A DNA stretch of 49,618 bases from Dicyema japonicum (GCA_011109175.1 RDEW01000016.1:806705-856322); one strand, 5' to 3'; shown: positions 35,891 to 48,415, counted from the first letter of the stretch. Translations and numbers: made by a program. The notes: a model not told the origin generated them from the sequence alone.

Positions 35891-35939
35891 ATATTTTATT
35901 GTTAATAAATTTTTCACTTAAAAAAATATAAGAAACTCT

Positions 35940-36330
35940 TGACAGAATAAATTTATTCATACTCAAATCAAACATAAAAAAATGTTAAAAGTTAGGTAGC
36001 TTGAATGGCCATGCTGTTTTCTCTAACGATAGCTATCAAGAGACGCTCTCGAAGTCATTTAGTTCAGATGGATCCTTGGTGACCCATCGAGGCGATCTGA
36101 CGGACTAGATCGTCAGCTTGTGGGCCAATGATTCCTGACGTCTTAAAGATCAATGGGATAAACAAGTGATCCTCAGTAATGCGTCGGTACTTCTTTCTCT
36201 TCTGATACTCGGCTTGCTTAAAAGCATGACTTGGGTCTGAGATTAAAGCGGGCAAATTTTTCTGAGAATATGTATCAACACACGTAGCGTCCCAAACCAG
36301 GTTCCGATCATTAGCAAAACGGAATGTTGG
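35940..36330 (-). mobile_element. CRE 3' fragment (another subfamily)
   Basis: LVWDATCVDTYS..AE.QKRKKY..LFIPLIF.TSGIIGP..SLDSYR.RENS. Confidence 0.75.
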
Positions 36331-36644
36331 CAGTCTAACAGAAGTATATTATCTGCATAAATTATCTTTTTTGTATTTTTTATTTTCCACCTGTGAAATG
36401 TCACTCATCACACAATTACTGGACCCATCTAAGACAGGTAGATCAAATAACGTCACTCTAATTTAAAATGAAAAAGGAGGAACAGACGAAACAAATAGAA
36501 ATCTTCAATCAAGTAGCCACATGGCACCAAAATAACGTTGGCACCACGTGGTCTTTCATTCGTAAAAACAATACATATAAAATTCCTTAGTAACGAAAAA
36601 TAATTTCCAGTCCCTTCACAATTTTTTTCAATAATTTTTGAAAT

Positions 36645-37696
36645 CAACGTCCGGTTCGAAGATTACTCATGGAAGCAAGCCACGCTCCCAGTGAGACTTG
36701 GAGGACTTGGAATCCGCAACCCTGTGGACCTTTTTCTCCCTTCATATCTATTATCGCTAATGGTTTGTAACACTCATGTCAAGAGGAATTCTACAATCTC
36801 TACCTGAATTCTCTATTGACAAGGACGCCGGCCATGCTCGTGAGGCCTGGAGCCTCACTTATCAGCTTTCCCTGCCTTCCTCGTTCTCTCAGTGGGGTCT
36901 GGACGATGTTATATGCTGGAATTTTTTCAAAGATTTGCTAGTGTCATCTAGCCAACATAGCCGTGCCTGTTTGTTGTCGGGAGCGTCTTCCGAAAGCGGT
37001 GCCTGGCTCAACGCCATTCCCAATGGAGTTCTGGGTACTTTCCTGAATGATGAATGCGTCCGTATTGGGATCTTATTGCGACTGGGACTAAAAGTCTGTG
37101 TTCTACATCCGTGCCGATGCGGAGACCAGATCGACTGTTTTGGCCTACACCCTCTCTCCTGCAGGAAGAGTGCAGATTTCTCAGACACATGGCCTTGAAC
37201 GAAGTCATTAGGCGTGCTTTGGACGCCGCCAGACATTCCTCCATGTTCGAACCAGTCGGTTTTTGCAGGCGGGACGGGAAACGACCAGAAGGGCTGAGAA
37301 CCTCTTGTCTGCACCGACACATGCAATCTTCCCTTTTGAAGCTGAGAACCTCTTGTCTGCACCGACACGTTTGCCTCTTGCAACCTCTCCAGAGTGCCTC
37401 TGGAGCCTATTCTGCCGCTGAGAAAGCCGAGATGATGACACGGGAAAAATACGCGGTCCTACCAAGGATTTTTTGTTTGTTGCACTCGCCGTTGAGACGT
37501 CTGGCTCCCTCGCGCCTGCGACGCTGAAATTCTTGAGTCGTTTATGGAATCGGATCGCTACACGAACAGGAGACCCTCGTGAGCGCTGCTGGTTATTTGA
37601 ACGAATCTCGCTCGCCATCTTGAGAGGGAATAGCACGCAGTCAGGGCAGCCGCTATATAACTGTTTACTCTTTTTTCTTTCCTTAATAAAGCTGAG
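36645..37696 (+). mobile_element. 5'-truncated CRE copy
   Basis: WKQATLPVRLGGLGIR, SGAWLNAIP..CRCG..GLHPLSC, VETSG..DPRERCWLFERISLAILRGNS. Possible imperfect 12-bp TSD (36633-36644 and 37697-37708). Confidence 0.88.
37293..37368 (+). repeat. 28-bp direct repeat with 20-bp spacer inside the CRE
   Basis: gctgagaacctcttgtctgcaccgacac at 37293-37320 and 37341-37368. Confidence 0.9.
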
Positions 37697-38289
37697 AATT
37701 TTGGAAATTTAAAAAATAGGGCTAATCGGCCTATAATCTCTTAGATATATATTATCTCCTCCATGGAAATATTCTATACTAAGGCCCCTCCGGAGAAAGG
37801 AGTTTGGAACATTTTCTCTTCAAACTCTTTTCTTCAATAAGCTTTGATACTTCCATCAATAATTTCTTTATCGACTTGATCTTTTCTTTAAGACAATAAG
37901 AATCTTGTGCATCCCAACATCGTCTTAGTTTACCTTCTAAATTCCTCTTTTCACAAAGCACACGACATTGCTCCGCAATTGTTTTTATGCGGAGAAAGAA
38001 ACCTCCTCCCATAATTATAAAGGTAATTTAATTATACATTCTTATTTTTTCATCCAAATTATCGATATCTACATGAAAATTTTCGATTCTTGAATATTCT
38101 TCAATTTCATATTAATTTAAAAATTAAATGAGTCAAATCAATTCAATAATGCCCAAGTTGACCGTACTCTTCCAACAGCAGATCACCTTTGTATGTGGAA
38201 CCGACAATTCCTTAAGAAGTTAGCAAATCCAGTGCACTTTGCAGTGACCTAATTGAAACAAAAAAATAAAACATAATATTTCTACGGCC

Positions 38290-38640
38290 ATAGATAACAC
38301 AGACGAGATGAAAAGTGAATATTGGATCCAATGTTTGGTCTTTGCAGTTGATATTATCGCACATATGAACAACCTTAAGTGTTTTATTTCGAAAATAAAA
38401 TTATGGAAGTCTCAGCTATTAAATGAAGATTTAGTTCATTTTCCTACGTGTAAAGAAGTGAGGAGTACTGTTGGTGCACATACTGTAATGAATTTTTCCA
38501 AGTATGAAGGACAACTGGATTTGTTGTTGAAGGAATTTCATAAAAGATTTAATAATTTTTTGTCTTTTGAACAAAATTTTCATTATTCACAGCACTATCT
38601 AAATAATTATTTTTTATTCAACATTAAAATATTTAAAAAA
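38290..38640 (+). mobile_element. hAT transposase remnant (GTF2IRD2/SPIN-like)
   Basis: WIQCLVFAVDIIAHMNNL..FISKIKLWKSQL..L.HFPTC..L.KEF..RF. Confidence 0.75.
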
Positions 38641-38771
38641 AAAATTGAATTACTTTTTGGTTGGCCAATTTATTACTTTTACAAATCAGCGTAGAGTTAT
38701 TTTATGTCGCAAATTACATTAATATTTTCGTTTTTACTTATACGTTACTAGTAGTTTTCTGTATTCACTGA

Positions 38772-41567
38772 ATGGGTCAATCGGAGTCAAAAATAATTCA
38801 CAGAATTTGAAAAAACTAGAGGACTCAGCATATCAACACGGTGATTGGCTTAATATCATGGAAATTGGCGAATATGGTTATATTTATAAGGTTTTCTGAA
38901 TTTTAAATTTAGGCAAGAAACAATAAAAACGACGAATTGGCGTTTTTAAAGGTAATCAAAGTTGAGAAGGAAATTGATGTCCATATAAATGAACTCTCAT
39001 TTATCTCCGAACTGCAGCATGAAAATATTATTAAATGTATCACAGCATATTTTTATCAACCTAATAATTCCATTTATGTATGCTTTTATTAATGAGTCAA
39101 TTCAGATCTATTTGGAATATTGTCTGCATGGCTCATTCGACAACATTATTGAAGAATTGGAGAAGTCTCAGGATTCGCTTTCAGAACCTCAAATAAAAGT
39201 CATTTTGAAATCTATTTTATCTGCCATTGCTTATTTGCATGATAAAAAAATTATCCACCGTGACATTAAAGCCCGTAATATTCTTTGTGACGAATTTGGG
39301 ACCATTAAATTATGTTTCTTTTAATTATTTGAGAATCAGCTGATTTTGGCGTTGCAGTTAAAATGAATGGGAATCAAGGACGGAATACGGTTGTTGGAAC
39401 TCCTTACTGGATGGCCCCCGAAATATTTTCCTGTTATGTTGATAAGGAGTTTCGTTATGATCAAACTGTCGATATTTGGTCAATCGGTATGTAAAAATGG
39501 ATTAACATTTGAGTCATTTTGGTGCTTCAGTTAGTCAATATTTTTATTCCATTGAATTGAATTGCCTATTCTATGCATTTCTGACTGTACTCGCGTTTTT
39601 ACTTTATTTTACATTTTTATTCATTAATTTTCAGGAATTACCGCCATTGAATTGGCCAAAGGAAAACCACCACACGATGAAGTTAGTCCAATCAGAGTCG
39701 GTGTGACCATTGTTAAATCCGATCCTCCCCAATTGGAAAGTAATTCCAGGTGGTCTTCATCATTTATAACATTCATTTCTTCTTTAGTTCGGAAAGATCC
39801 TGGTGAACGTCCTTGGGCCCATCAACTTCTTAACGTTTTTTGTCGATATCTATTGTAGTCTGAATTTATAACTCGGAATTATGACGAAAATGCCATTAAA
39901 TCTCTAATTTATCTCGTCTCTGGTGAATCGAAAGTTGATACTATCGTGAATTATGAGAATCTACCTGTTTCCAGTGGATATAATTCCACTATGACGGATT
40001 TTTCCTTCAGATCTATCATTTTTGACCCGGAAAAATCAATTGCTTCTTTTCCTGCCGAATTCTCAGATATGATTTCCAAAGAAGATGCTAAATTGGAACC
40101 CAGGCTGGAGCAAACAGAAACTCCTATATATCGACGAACTTATGTTGACGTTGACGGTAAAGTTGTGATCAAAGAAACCACCAATAAGGTCAACGTTGAA
40201 AAAATTTTGTCCGATTCAACCGAGAATTTACCGAAAAACTTGAGAAATAAAAATCTACAGAAATCCTGTAAATCGCTAAAGATAGACATGAAAAAAGATA
40301 GCGCGATTAAACAAAACATCGAAAAAGCATATGATTCTTTCGCTTCTATTGGTATTACTACCGTGAATGATTTCCTCAATAAACTTATCTCTGATTTGAA
40401 AAAATTAGCCAAAAAACGGGTCCAGAAAATCAAAGAAGTCCTGACAGAGGCTTGTGCCGACTATAAGTTGTTTAAAAAACAATTGAAAACGGAAAAAGTT
40501 TTTTTTATTTCAGAATTTCAGAAAAATAACATTTCATTTTACAAGAAATCGATAAAGTCTGAATTTAAGCGACAATCAAAGTACAGCGATCCCTTGTCTA
40601 CTTCTTCTAAAAAGAAAAGCATTATCATTAAAGTCTGAATTTATGATTTTTTAAGAATATGGAATTTTTGAATAAAATTAATGATCAAAATGAACGACAA
40701 AAAGCCGAATTTCAACATAATCGGATTATTCTCATGTTAGAGATTGAACGAAATATATATGAGGAAAAAATTGAACTAGTTTCAGGTGATTTTATTTTGT
40801 AATTTAGCTACTATTAAAAATGTGATTGAATACAAGAGAAAACATCAAATTGAATATAAAAAAATGCTCCTAGATGGCCTTGAAAAAATATACGAATTTA
40901 AATTTTCAGAACATGAACAAAGATTCAAAATAGTTGATAATTTGTTAATTTTTAGAATCATGAGATTTTGGTTGAGGAGAAAAGTCAAACTTTGGCAAAA
41001 ATTGAAGCGGAATGTGAGCGAATGAGAGTAGTTGAAAAACGACTTAAAAAGAAATTTAGGAGCAAAGAATATGGTTTAATTTTCTTTTTTATCAAAGAAT
41101 TACACGTTCAGTTGGTTTCCGAATATAATAAACTTAAAAGAGATTATGATCGTAAACAGGAAAACTTTTGTCTTTATTTTACCAAGCAGTTTCAAAAACT
41201 CGAAGATGAAAAGGTTTGAGATAAAATTATTACAAAAAATAATATTTTAATTGATATAGAGAATGCATATTGCGACTATTTCACAAAGCATGGAAAATGA
41301 TATAGAAAATATAAACCAGGATTGTGCTGATAAGTTAGAAAAATTGTCAGATCCTGATATCTATTCAGTATGTTTAGTATTTACTTGTAGACTCTAAATG
41401 AATTTTTTGAAGAAGAAAAGAAGAAATTGGATGATTTATATTTTGAGTTACTAGAGAATAATGAATTGGATTTGTTTAGCGTGGATGTTTCAAAGAAGGT
41501 GCTTGAATTTGACATTAGTCAACTATTTTCTGCCTCGAAGTATATGGATTGGTTCCTTAATCCTTAA
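38772..41567 (+). CDS. SLK: STE20 GCK-family kinase with C-terminal coiled coil (SLK/LOK-like)
   Basis: AFLKVI, IYLEYC..GS, IHRDIKARNIL, DFG, GTPYWMAPE, DIWSIGITAIELA.GKPPH, followed by a long K/E-rich coiled coil. About 11 introns, mostly 22-28 nt. 1-nt deletion near 38790. Stop TAA 41565-41567. Confidence 0.8.
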
Positions 41568-41646
41568 TGGTTATTTTTTCTTCGCAAAATTTATTTATTA
41601 TTTTTAAATAATCGCTTTAACACCAAAATTTTGTTTGCTTCTAGTT

Positions 41647-44600
41647 TTAACTGACTGTTATTTTATATCGAATTCCATCACGATTTTCATTACTGACAGG
41701 TCCGTATCTTTCGTTCGGAGCAATAAGTGACTTAAATGTCTAAAATGTCATGTATTCGAATAAAATCTACATTTCCTTTAAGATAGACTTCTGATATAAT
41801 TAAATAAACAGCATAGGCCTTGAATGCAGATTATAGGTGCAGCGAACATAGCCCATCCTAAACCTTCGGTGAAAGAAGGCATCTGAACTCCGTTATATGA
41901 TAGAGGAGTGTATGAAACGAATGAAAATATCATTACTCCCTTAATATTTATGCAATCAAATATACAAATAGAACAAGTGGAGAAGTAATTACCCATCCAA
42001 TTTGCCAATAATAATTCGGTTTCGATCCAGTCATCATTATTATTATTAAGGCACTTTCACGAAAGCCATAATGATTATAGCCCCGCATGTGCGACACTCA
42101 AAGAAACAATATTTATAGTTAGTCTTTTCCATCTTCCTCTGTCGAATGCGAGTTATCTCAATTCGTCCAGATCGTCCCCCGCCTTTAGATTTTTTCTCAC
42201 ACGATTTAAGTATTTGTTTAAGGCAGTCGGAAGTGTTGATCTAGGTCGTCCGCGGAAGGGTTTTTTGCAACTGTCAAAGTAATCTTCCATCGCTTTGTTA
42301 GCGGGTGCGTCCGGGTTCATTCTTAATACATGCCCAAATAGCCTCCACCGGGCATCTACCACATTTTTGCTGATGTAAGAACACATACACTTGTCGTAGA
42401 TACCAGTGGTTGATATTCTACGTGGCCACTCCATTCCGAGTAAGCTTCTTAGTTGCCCTCTATGGAACGAATCCAGTTTCAATAGTTCGTTGAAGGAACT
42501 TCCCCATGTCCCAGCGTTGTAAAGTAGGATCGGTTTCACAGACGCGTTGTAAAGCCTGCATCTGATGTCAATTCCAAGTCCTTTGGTTCTTAGCCATCCT
42601 TTCTTCAGTTTAGCCATTGCCTCATTTGCCAGTGTTTTCCTCCTTAGTGCATCTTCAGCGTCTCCTAGAAGAGAGCCGAGCTAATTAGTATGTCTCCATC
42701 TTTCATGAGTAATATCGTCTTCTCTCTTAATTTCCGTAATTTCAGTTTTGTTAACATTTACGCTGAGAAACCATTTCTCAAGCTCCGCAGGTGCAGTTTT
42801 TAGTAGGTGTTGGAGTGCGGTCACGTCCCGTGATACAAAATCCACATCATCCGCATAAGATGTCTCTTCTATGTCTCCTATATAGCATTTACGGAGGTCG
42901 CGGAGTGCAGATTCAAGGTATATGGTGAATAGTAAAGGGGAGAGGGAATCACCCTGGGGTGTCCCAATCGTTGTTTTGAAACTGCAAGAAGTTGTTCCTT
43001 CTGTCTCACAGATAGTCTTGTATTCGCAAGTAGTAGTCTGATTATCCTAACCGACGATTCATCCAATATTTGCTCAAGCACATTCATCAGTTTCTGTCTG
43101 TTTATTGAGTCGAAAGCTCTGGAGAGATCTATTCCCAACACGGTCGTTGCGCTTTTGAATCTTTGGTGCGTTGCACAGCGCCATCTGTGGCTCCATACAA
43201 TGTCTGCCGTAGACCTCTCTTCTCGGAACCCACTTTGACTTGCTGGTAGGTATATCCGCCACACCCTTTATTCGGCTTAGTGCAATGTTTGCCAGAACCT
43301 TGCGTATTGAATTCAGAAGTATTATCGGGCGGAGATTTTCTACTGGTTTTTTTGATTTGTTCGGTTTTTGTATGGGTATTAATAATCCATTTCCAAGTCC
43401 TAGATCGGTATTAGTTTCAAAGACGTCATTTAGGGTTTTTGCAATTGTGTCGCTAAGTTTTTTTGGCCCATATTTTAGGAGCTCAAGGCTTATGTTGTCC
43501 GGCCCAGAACTCTTGCTGTCCTTCAGTTTATTTATCGCTAATTCCACCTACCTCTCTCTTCCACTGTGATTGGGATTTTTAGCGCCTTTGCTTCTCCCTG
43601 GAAAGGGAAAGTCCTTATTTTCTTTATTCAACAGTGTCGAAGTGTCGTGCAATCAATTCTGCTTTTCTTCCGGGTTACCCACGAATTTTCCATCTTTGTC
43701 TTTGATGTGAAGGGTGTTTTGTCCTTTCTTTGTCCGCAGCAGCCGCAAAGCCGCATAAATCCTTTAATTGTCCTTTAGGCATTCCACATCTATTTTATTT
43801 TCCATTTTAGTTCCTTTTGTTGGATATTAAGCTTTTTTATAACTCTCGTCTGACGTGTTTGCCGCTTTTAGCCGTAGCTCTCTGCAATGCTTTGCCATAT
43901 CTGGCACGTTCGAGTGGTGATCCAATTTTAGGGAGTGATGATTTCGGACTCTAAGGCATATATTGGCCGACTTGGAGATTACCTGCTTTGTTTGATCCCA
44001 CAGAGTTCGTACTGATGATTCCGATGCGGTTTTCTCCATAAGAGTCTCGATTTGTTCGTGATATTTAGATCTACAAGTGGGCTCTAACCACAATTTTTCT
44101 GTCTGAAAGTATATATTGGGTTTTTGTCTCGCCTTCTTCGCGTTTTCAATGTATTTTTTCCCAGTCAGGTGCTTTTTTACATACAGTTCTGCAATGACGA
44201 TCCTATGGTCGCAGTCAGTTGTTGTTCCCTGGTAAGAACGTGCATCATTTAGCAGGTGTTTATCAGACTTTCGGCAGATAATGTAGTCGATTTGATTATA
44301 TATATTCACGGTCTCCCCGACAGAGTTTTTTTTTTGTCCGTTCCACGTCGTCTTGTGGCAAGCTGAGTGCGTGAAGGCCGTGTTGCACAGGAAAAGGCTA
44401 TTTGCCTCGCAGTAGTTCACCAGAGAGGCTCCAGATGCATTTCTTCTTCCGCGCCCGTGTCTTCCAATAGAGGATTCTTCGGGCCCCATTCGGATTTCAG
44501 CTTTTGCATTCATATCTCTCGCAACAAAGACAAGGGACGAGGATGCATTATTAGAGTATGTGCTTGATAGTTCTGAGTAAAATTTCTCAGCTCACCGGGG

Positions 44601-46761
44601 TTCTTGATTATTCGTCCACAGTGTGGTGCATAGACATTTATGACAGTTAATAGACTCTTGGACGGGCATAGTTCATTTAGTTTGACTTGTAGGACACATA
44701 TTCGGTCGTTGACTCTCCAATAGCGATGTAATTTTTTGAGGTAATCCACGTGTAGGGCAAATTCCATGCCGTAGTGCTTGCATTCAGTTGGAAAAAGAAT
44801 CAGTCGGTAGTTGTTCCATGTCTCATCGCGTCCATTTTCGATTTTAGTTTCTTGTAGGCAGCCAATAGATATTTTGTATTTCTCGAGATCGTCACAAAGT
44901 ACTTTCCTTGTCCAATCTTTCGATATTCCACGTACGTTGAACGTCATTAGCCAGAGTTCTCGATTGTATAATGAGTGTTTTTCAGACATTTTTCTTAACC
45001 GTTGTACAGAGAAGAAACGAGGCACGTCACCACCTCACCAAAATCCAGTCATCATATCAATGGAAAAATTTTGTAGCCGTAAATCCAGGCAACGGTTATA
45101 ACTTCAAGCAGAGCAATTATTATGAGTGAATATTGAGCTGTCCTTTGATCCATGAGACCCATCAATAACCAAATAGCGCAAAAGACTTGTGTTGTAATTA
45201 CTCGCCATTTTTTTAAAAAATCAGACAATTTTAAAACTGTTGATAGAAATACTTCTTCCATCCCAAACTAATATGATAAAAACCAAGTTAGTGACCTGTG
45301 TATCGAGCCCAACGGCTATGATCATAATAAAAAGTAAGCAAGACCATAAAGGAGCCACTGGTAAAGTACCCAAAACTTCAGGATACACAACAAATATTGA
45401 CCCAATTCCTAATATATTATGATTAATTAACCTTGTGTTACAACATGTTCGACTGAGAGATCAGTTTTATAACTCAGGTGACCGATTATCGCAAATACTC
45501 CGAGTCTTGCATATATACTCGTTGCACAATTGATAACTGAGCAAAGAACCGCATCTCTGTTAATGATAAATTTAATTAGAATGCCTTTCAAATTTACTAT
45601 TAAAGTCATTGTATGAGGAATAAAGCAGCAAAGATCCAAATCCAATCCCAAGTGAGTAGAATATCTGCGTTGCCGCTGAAATCCAAACCTTAAAGTTATT
45701 GTTACACTTAACCTTTCCATCTCTAAGTTTTGACCAGTTTGGCGTAATAAAATAGATAATTCCATTTTTGGCTCCAGGTAAAAGACTAGCCTGAATTAGC
45801 ATGATAGTTATCAATAAATATGGAAGTGTTGATGTTACATAAACCACCTTTTTTGTATTTTAAAATAAACCTTTCCGCTCGACTTTATTCCCTTTGATAA
45901 GCAAATGGCGAGTATAGCCCAAGACAAAGCCAATCCGATAACAAGATTTGGTAGAACTTTTCCGGTATCAGAAATGCTTCCAGTATTCTTCAAAATTTTA
46001 TTTCTAAAAATTAACATATTGAAAATTAATAAATACGTCCAAAACTCTTCTGCTGGAGAAACGCTATTAAATTTTGAGCAATTAAAGTAATTCCATAATT
46101 GTTCGATATCTTTATCAGTGAATTCATTCTTTCGGAGAAATTTGATAGTTTCGTTTCTACATCTATGGTTTCTGTTGATTTCATCTAAAATTGTGTATAA
46201 AGAATTTGTAAAAAACCTAAGTTTGGTATATTTAATGAACTTATATCAACCATTTGACCAGTTGTCCTCTCAAAGCAGTTTTTGGTGTTCCATTCATTTC
46301 CACAAATTGTCCACGGAAGTTGGTTTGTAAATGATTCATACAGGTAAACGAAAGCATAAGCAATAATAATGTTGTAATAAAGTGTAACAAAGCCAGATAT
46401 TACAGCCATTGCAAATCCGTTTCCTAAATTTTGTAAAACTTGATACCTTTTAAAAATGGTAACATCGAAAATGCAGTAGCTGGCCTACAGCCACTAAACT
46501 GTCCCATTCCCAATTCCAGGTAAAACAAAGGAATTCCAGCAAGTACCAAAAATAGAATATAAGGGATCAAAAAAGCACCTAAAGTAATGAAATTTGATAA
46601 ACCTCCTCCGTTTGAATAAACAAGATAGGGGAATCTCCATATATTTCCTAATCCTACTGCATATCCAATCACTGAAAGTAAGAATTCAATATGATTATCC
46701 CATTCTTCTTTAGTCTACATTATTCAGAATTATTAATGACTTTCACTGACGCCTCTGACAT
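41647..46761 (-). CDS. SLC6 Na+/Cl--dependent transporter (amino-acid type TM1), interrupted by an RTE; possibly a pseudogene
   Basis: EEWDNHIEFLLSVIGYAVGLGNIWRFPY, GAFLIPY, YYNIIIAY, GIKSSGKVVY, QIFYSLG.GFG, GLDTQF, WIYG, then after the insertion MMTGSKPNYYW..PL.Y...GLGW. G (not D) in the GYAVGLGN motif argues against a monoamine transporter. Confidence 0.9.
42038..45042 (-). mobile_element. Near-full-length RTE-clade retrotransposon (3,005 bp), 13-bp TSD, (TAA)n tail
   Basis: TFNVRG..LQETK, NQIDYI..DHR (APE). GPDNI, RPIILL, Q.GFR..RST.D, DLSRAFDS, GTPQGDSLSP.LF, YADD (RT). atccagtcatcat at 42025-42037 and 45043-45055. Several frameshifts and at least one stop. Confidence 0.95.
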
Positions 46762-47308
46762 TTAATTAACATTTTGAAGTTTATTTATTATATATAGAAT
46801 TCTGGTAACTTTTTAAAAATTTTTTAAAAATTTTAGTGTAATTATTATCAGTTTTTTTTGTTGAATTACTTAAAATATTTCTGTCTTTTAAAAATGATTT
46901 CTCAATAGAAAAACGACTTGGGTGTTAGGGAAACCTTCCATAAACATCCGACTCTTCTTGTGGACTAGTTGGGTCACCTAAAATGACTAAACTTTTCATT
47001 CTGTGCTGTAATAAAATAAATATCACAGGACGGCCAGGAAACTCAGCGAAGCGGTTCAGAGGTTCTGAACAAAGAAAGTGTCAAAGTTTTTAAGATCCAT
47101 CTCGTCCAATCAAATTATGAACTCAAAATGTTTTTCAAAAACTTTTTATGGAAATTTACAAGAATTTTGTTAACCCAAATTTGAAGTTCATCAGAATTTT
47201 TTGTTATTTTTTTATTTTTGAGATAATATTAATTAGAAATGTTCATAATTTAAAATAATAAATTTTGCTTTTTAAATTGAATCGGTAAATTATTAAAAAG
47301 TGATTGCA

Positions 47309-47414
47309 GAAAATTCCATTCATTCTAAGGTTTTCAGATATCCCTTAGTTAAAAGTAGAAATTGAAAAATTTCCATCCTTTCTAAGGTTTCAGATATTTT
47401 CTAGTTAAAAGTAG
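47309..47414. repeat. Imperfect direct repeat of about 50 bp
   Basis: aaaattccat..tctaaggttt(t)cagatat..tagttaaaagtag at 47309-47358 and 47365-47414. Confidence 0.8.
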
Positions 47415-47974
47415 GTCAATGAGTTTTGGTTTTCTAATAATTTAATTGAGTCTTACTAGAATCAGTAAAAACTTAATTGTTTAACATATATTTCATATAA
47501 TGATGATTATAGATCATGAGATATTGATTTCATCATGCGCTATAGGAAAATATATTCACAATACGATTTACTTGATGCATTGAAAGAAACTATTAGTTAA
47601 AAATCAGTCATAAATTTAGAATAAACACTGCCTTAAAACGTGTAGAAGAATTCTGCAACAACAAATATCCTATCAATGACTTATTTTAATAAACTAATTA
47701 AAATACGGTCAGTGGAGCTAAAAGTGGATAATGCTGAAATCCATTTTAGCTAGCAACAGAAAAATCTGGGAGTCACATTCGACATGCACATGTGTTTCTC
47801 ACAACATGTCGATAACGTGATCATCAAATGCGAAAAAAAGGATATGGTCTGAAATGCATCTCAGGAGTATGGAATGCAGGAAACCATTCAGTCCTTAACT
47901 CTATCTACGAGCAGTACATCGAACCATGTTTCTTATATGCGTGTGCTTCCTGGAAACGTTTATAAAATAATATT

Positions 47975-48415
47975 CGCACTTTCCGAGGAGCCATATCAAT
48001 TATCGCTCCCTACAGGCAGAACACACTTTATTTTAAGCAAAGAATAGTTATAATCGAGGAAGGATCAATGAATTCTCTTCACTTCCTTTTTTTCTTTTTC
48101 TTTAGACTATCCAGTCCCGCAGTGAATGTCTCCGAGGAGCTATATCAATTATCGCTCCCTACAGTCAGAACACACTTTATTTTAAGCAAAGAATAGTTAT
48201 AATCGAGGAAGGATCAAGGAATTCTCTTCACTTCCTTTTTTTCTTTTTCTTTAGACTATCCAGTTCCGCAGTGAATGTCCACTGATGACGATGTCAATCG
48301 TCAAGCCTTTTTTAGCATCGTAGATGCATGGAACCTTCCACCAGGTGAATAGCAGCGATAATCGAACCCGTGGCCTAAGCCACTTTGCCCTACACCTAAC
48401 AACTATGCCACCCTG
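47975..48415 (-). mobile_element. tRNA-derived SINE family A with an internal 149-bp tandem duplication
   Basis: A-box-like TGGCATAGTTG and B-box GGTTCGATT. Family body and tail. Duplicated units 47982-48130 and 48131-48279. Confidence 0.8.

Noticed and set aside
37779-38012. 77-aa minus-strand ORF as a gene
   Set aside because: No recognisable motif, and I could not splice it in phase to an upstream start. Left unannotated.
39487-39634. snoRNA inside the unusually long (148-nt) SLK intron
   Set aside because: A CTGA (box D) is present, but I could find no acceptable box C (RTGATGA), terminal stem or H/ACA double hairpin. An Infernal scan would settle it.
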